Shown: in pieces, positions 60,159-64,000 of the stretch
How the letters are laid out: every line of letters begins with the position of its first letter
How positions within the stretch are numbered: position 1 is the stretch's first letter
Assembly: GCA_963805625.1 (NCBI GenBank)
Contig: CAWDVE010000022.1
Coordinates: 15,194-79,193 of the forward strand
Direction: 5' to 3'
Source of the DNA: an uncultured Candidatus Rokubacteria bacterium
GTDB lineage: Bacteria; Methylomirabilota; Methylomirabilia; Rokubacteriales; DASRDR01
Length of the DNA: 64,000 nt
Notes under the pieces: generated by a model
What the model was told of the DNA's origin: nothing
The model's input: the letters and a program-made list of their open reading frames with translations, nothing else
Databases searched by the model: none
Position numbers and translations under genes: made by a program

Positions 60159-60440
60159 GAACGTAGGGCGGTCCTAAGCATGTTCACCTCCGACCCCCGT
60201 GTCGTAGGGGCCCTGCAGAGTGGCCTGACACCGTAGAGACGCCCACGCCGCGCGCACCTGTCCCCGGAGCGGCACGGTCAACCTGAAGCGGTGGTGTCCC
60301 CGACGGGATTCGCCGGGCGTTGACGTTCCGCGTGGCGGGCCGCGCGGCGTAGGGGCCTGGACCGACCGCGTGTCGAAGTCGCGCCCGACGCCGTGGGCAA
60401 GAAGGGCCTGCACGACGGCCGGGTCCTGCAGCGCCCTCAT
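60159..60440 (-). mobile_element. Degenerate IS91-like tail
   Basis: ALQDPAVVQALLAH..PRGPP; ends GCTTAGGACCGCCCTAC-GTTC. Confidence 0.5.
60292..60312 (-). other. tRNA 3'-end fragment (Glu-like), att-like
   Basis: Minus strand CGAATCCCGTCGGGGACACCA = T-loop half, acceptor strand, CCA. Confidence 0.55.
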
Positions 60441-60448
60441 CCGGATGG

Positions 60449-60611
60449 GTGGAGTCTGGGGGCGCTGCTTTGCCGGGTTTGCTGCGGATCAGGCGTGGGA
60501 CATGGACTCGGACGCGGGGCGCGGCGGTTGCTGCCGCCTGCCTACGAACGGTTCACCGAGGGCTTCGGGACTCCGGATCTGGCCGCGGCGAAGCGGCTCC
60601 GCGCAATCTGA
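60449..60611 (+). pseudogene. C-terminal fragment of a STAND/TPR protein
   Basis: ARRLLPPAYERFTEGFGTPDLAAAK. Confidence 0.65.
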
Positions 60612-60645
60612 CCCAGGGGACGCGCGCGGTCCTTCAAGTGTCCGG

Positions 60646-61440
60646 TCACCCTGTCGCGAGCAGGTAGACACCCGCGCCGGTCAGGCCCAGCCCGGCGGCG
60701 TAGGCGAGCCAGTGGCCCATCGGCAGCAGCTTCTCCAGGAGCACGTAGGCGGCGATGCCGGCGATCCAGTAAAGGTTCATCACGCCACCGACGAACAGCA
60801 GCGCCATCAGGAACCAGCAGCAGCCCAGGCAATAGGTGCCGTGCTCCAGGCCCATGCGGAACGCGCCGCCACGGCCATCGCGCCAGTGCCCGGAGAGGTA
60901 GGCGACGGGCGAGCGACAATGGCGCAGGCACGTGTGCTTCATCGGGGTGAACTGCCACACCCCGGCGACGATGAGAATAGCGGCGCCGAGCCAGAGGCTG
61001 GTCGTCACCATCATCGCCGACAGCAGTCCGGCCCGCCCCAGCCCCCACTGCATGACGACCGCCACGGCGCTGAACCCGGCCCAGGCGCAGAGATAGCCGG
61101 CGGCAAAGATGCCGGCAGGCACGAAGGGTCGACCGCCGGCCTGCTCGCGACGGCTGATGCGGGCAAAGATCAGCAGCATCGGCAACGCGCCGGGCAGCAT
61201 CATCGCCACCATCATCACCCACCACATCGCGAGCATCAGCGCGGCATAGCCCGAGGTCCAGACCGCTGGACTCATGACCATGTCGCGGGGCATGCGGGTC
61301 ATCTCGAGCGCGCTCATGCCCATGCCGCCGCCGAACACGATCCAGCCCCAGGACAGGGCGATAACCGCGAGAAGCGCCGCGATCACCACCGCCTGGTCGC
61401 GGCGGAGTACGGTTTCCAGTGCCGATCCCCGCGTGGGCAC
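60646..61440 (-). CDS. DUF2182 metal-binding membrane protein
   Basis: WWVMMVAMMLP, QFTPMKHTCLRHCRSP, YCLGCCWFLM, GGVMNL. Confidence 0.9.
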   Translation of the reverse strand: MPTRGSALETVLRRDQAVVIAALLAVIALSWGWIVFGGGMGMSALEMTRMPRDMVMSPAVWTSGYAALMLAMWWVMMVAMMLPGALPMLLIFARISRREQAGGRPFVPAGIFAAGYLCAWAGFSAVAVVMQWGLGRAGLLSAMMVTTSLWLGAAILIVAGVWQFTPMKHTCLRHCRSPVAYLSGHWRDGRGGAFRMGLEHGTYCLGCCWFLMALLFVGGVMNLYWIAGIAAYVLLEKLLPMGHWLAYAAGLGLTGAGVYLLATG

Positions 61441-61464
61441 TATCGCCCGGTCTGGGGGCGGCTG

Positions 61465-62132
61465 CTACGGCCGGCCGAACTTCTGCTTGTACTCCTCATA
61501 GGAGTAGACGAGCCCGTTCGGGCCCCAGGCGACATGGGCAAGCGAGCTGTGCCGGCGGCTGAGGTCGAACTTAATCGCACCGATTCCCTTGGCGAAGCCC
61601 GAGGCACTCTCGGCCTCATGGAAGACCCAGCCGTCCGGGAGCACCGTGATCATGCGGTGTTCCTCGTCGGTCACGGGATTGCGGATCGGCTCGCTGCGCG
61701 CCCGGACGATGTTTGGTACCTCGATGCGCGCGGTACGCTTGTCGAGATCCCAGTCGAAGGTGATCTTGGCGAACTGCGGATCCTTGATTGTCTCGACAAT
61801 GGTCGAGAAGATCTGGAACATGGTGCCGACCTTCTGGTCCTCGCCGGACAGGATGTAGAACAGCGCATCCCTCTGCGCCTCGTCCGCCCGTTCATCGATG
61901 ATCGGCTGGAACACGCCTTGCCCGTGATGAATGCCCGCGGGAAATAGAACGTGCCGGCGACGGCGAGGTCGTCGAGCCTAACCTTCTCGCAGTGCCCGGT
62001 GTCGATCTTGAACGCGACCAGGCCGGTGCAGATGCCCTGGGTCGGATCCGCCATCGACTCGCATGGGCAGCCATGATCGCAGCTGCAGTACTCGACGTAT
62101 TTCCCCTCGATACGCCAATCTCGGCTCGCCAT
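61465..62132 (-). pseudogene. DUF1326 protein, frameshift near 61930
   Basis: W.IEGKYVEYCSCDHGCPC / IIDERADEAQRDAL..ILSG in two frames. Confidence 0.8.
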
Positions 62133-62484
62133 GATGTACTCCTTTCGACAAGCTCTTCTCGCTCCGAGCCATGCTCCGCCACGTGCGCATAGAAGGAACG
62201 ATTAACGCCATCTCCGCGGGCGAAGCCGAGGTCCGGCCTTCCTCCTGCCTCCCCGGCGGCCGGCCCCAGGCCCCGGGGCAACCCCGAGCACCGCCTCACA
62301 ACGCGACCCTGCGCCGGCGTGGGGCGCCCCGTCAATGGCCGCCAGGCTCAGGCGCCGACGCGAGCGGCGCACGGAGCAGGCAGCAGGACATGCAGGCCGA
62401 TAAAGCTACATTTGTAAGCAGGCTAGTTGCCGTTCCTGGCCGCGAGCTTGGTCAGCACTAGGTTCGCGCAGGTCAGGCTTCCCG

Positions 62485-63135
62485 TCACGTCGAGCGTCCC
62501 CTGACTTGGTTTTGGCGCGCGACTAGCTCGATGTCGGACGCCAGGGGCGGGGCGCAGGGCGTCTCGATACCGTGAAGCTGCGCTGTCAGCTCGAACCCGC
62601 CGGGCGCGGTGTCCCGGAACTCGAACTTCCCGTCGTTGTCCGTGACCCCCGAGGCGGCCACGGCGCCGGTCGAGTCCACGAGCCGGACGGTGACACCGGG
62701 CGCGTGATGCTGATCCACCGGCGCCGCGCCGGTGAGCCTCGTGACCTCGCGGGCCACGATCGTGCCGTCCCCGAGCGGCTGACCCTCCACCTTGACGAGG
62801 TCGCCATTCTGCAGGGTCGCGCAGCTCGTCCCGTCATACTCGGTGAGGCCGTTCGCCCGGATGCCCGAACCTAGCGGCGCCTCGCGGGCCAGCGCGTCGT
62901 GCACCGTGGTGACCAGCGCCAGCCAGTCGGCCGGGCCGATGGCGGTGCTGCCCACCGCGCGATACTTCACCGGCACGATCTCGGCGGCTGCGGGCACTTC
63001 GGGGAAGCGCTGCAGCAACTCGTCTGGCTCCGCCTTGCGGGCGGTGTCCATGTACTCCCAGACGTCCAGGCTGTCGCGGCCGATCGAGGAGATCGTCCCG
63101 CCGGTGCCGATCAAGGCCACGCGCGCTTTCGTCAT
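62485..63135 (-). other. Chimeric ORF: asparaginase N-terminus fused to DUF5666/carboxypeptidase-regulatory-like fragment
   Basis: First ~88 aa identical to asparaginase; then LQNGDLVKVEG..G.IVAREV and TDNDGKFEFRD..PG. Confidence 0.7.
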
Positions 63136-63329
63136 CGAAGCCTCCGGCCGCCACGATACGGCAGCGTCCGATCCGGCGCTCGTAGTATCTTGCGGACGTC
63201 ATGAAGGTCGGCGTGAACCTCCTGAACTTCGGGCCGGGCGTGACCCCGGAGGCGCTGGCGAGCTGGACGGAGCTGGCGGAGACGCTCGGCTATCACGTCG
63301 TGATGGAACCTGCCCCCGCCCGACCCCCG
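62873..63329. repeat. 457-bp direct repeat, copy 2
   Basis: Appears identical to 44869-45325; GAACCTAG at both flanks. Confidence 0.92.
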
Positions 63330-63339
63330 GCGAACCTAG

Positions 63340-63992
63340 CGTCTCTCCGCCGACATGGAGATCGTGGCGCTGAAAGCGTGCGGGGTGAGCCCGCTCCGCC
63401 TCCTCCGGCCCGTCATGGTCTTCGGGGTCGGCGTGACGGCCATGACCGCGTACCTGATGATCGACGCCGTCCCGAAGAGCAACTACGCCTTCAAGTCGCT
63501 TGTGTTCGAGATCGTCCGGACACAGGCGACCGTGGGGTTGAAGGAGCGAGTGTTCAACGACACCTTCGGGAACTTTGTCATCTACGTCGACGAGATCGCG
63601 ACTGACCAGGTGGCGCTCCGGAACGTGTTCGTATCGGACGAGCGGAAACCCAACGAGCAGCGCTTCATCACGGCTCGGGAGGGCCGGCTCCTCTCGGACG
63701 AGGTGAACCGGCGGGTCACCCTCCGGCTACTCGACGGCGCGATCCACGAGACCAGCCCCAGCGCGCTCCAGAAGTACCGGGAGGTGCGCTTCCGCCTCTA
63801 CGACATCACGCTCGTGCTGGAGAATCCCCTGCTCAAGCAGGGGGGCACGCCCAAGGGCGACCGCGAGATGAGCCTCGCGGAGCTGCGGCAGGCAACGCAG
63901 AAGGCGGTCGACCTCAAAGGCAACCCGAACCCGTATCTGGTCGAGATCCACAAGAAGTTCGCGATCCCGGCGGCGTGTTTCGTCTTCAGCGT
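63340..63992 (+). pseudogene. lptF: Internal fragment of LPS export permease LptF
   Basis: RLSADMEIVALKACGVSP..LKERVFND..ITAREG..LLDGAIHE..EIHKKFAIPAAC; lacks N-terminus. Confidence 0.8.
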
Positions 63993-64000
63993 GAACCTGC

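Noticed and set aside
62171-62461. Transposase remnant (RIEGTI) before CTAGGTTC
   Set aside because: Too short and degenerate to assign.
1-64000. Many long antisense or alternate-frame ORFs (e.g. 5432-7675, 25048-26958, 34104-36050)
   Set aside because: Arg/Pro/Ala-rich shadow ORFs typical of high GC, overlapping well-supported genes.

Overview
GC-rich bacterial window. The gene content (two STAND-type adenylate/guanylate cyclases, HEAT+HD-GYP pair, DUF3047, DUF1326/DUF2182) is compatible with a soil lineage such as Rokubacteria, but this is inference only. Intact metabolic blocks include a polyamine-type ABC operon with amidohydrolase, treY/GH57/treZ, a ybhG/F/S/R-like efflux operon, SDR/LLM oxidoreductases, asparaginase and prpE. 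They alternate with decayed, mosaic accessory DNA. Three structures not explained by the ORF track stand out. (1) An integrase-less island at 32204-37562 (hicBA, SWIM+SNF2, vapBC) is bounded by tandem GGGCATAGTTT arm-like repeats. It abuts an attP-like site holding a promoter and only the 5' half of tRNA-Asp, and a ~245-bp internally deleted copy lies at 13753-13998. (2) Several orphan IS91/ISCR-like transposase tails occur, and a recurring GAACCTAG/GAACCTGC motif sits at junctions between unrelated gene fragments, including both sides of an exact 457-bp duplication. (3) A four-unit covarying hairpin array and a large stem-loop lie upstream of an ssb/Rad52-like/PD-(D/E)XK cluster. All calls were made by eye from motifs; no database searches were run.
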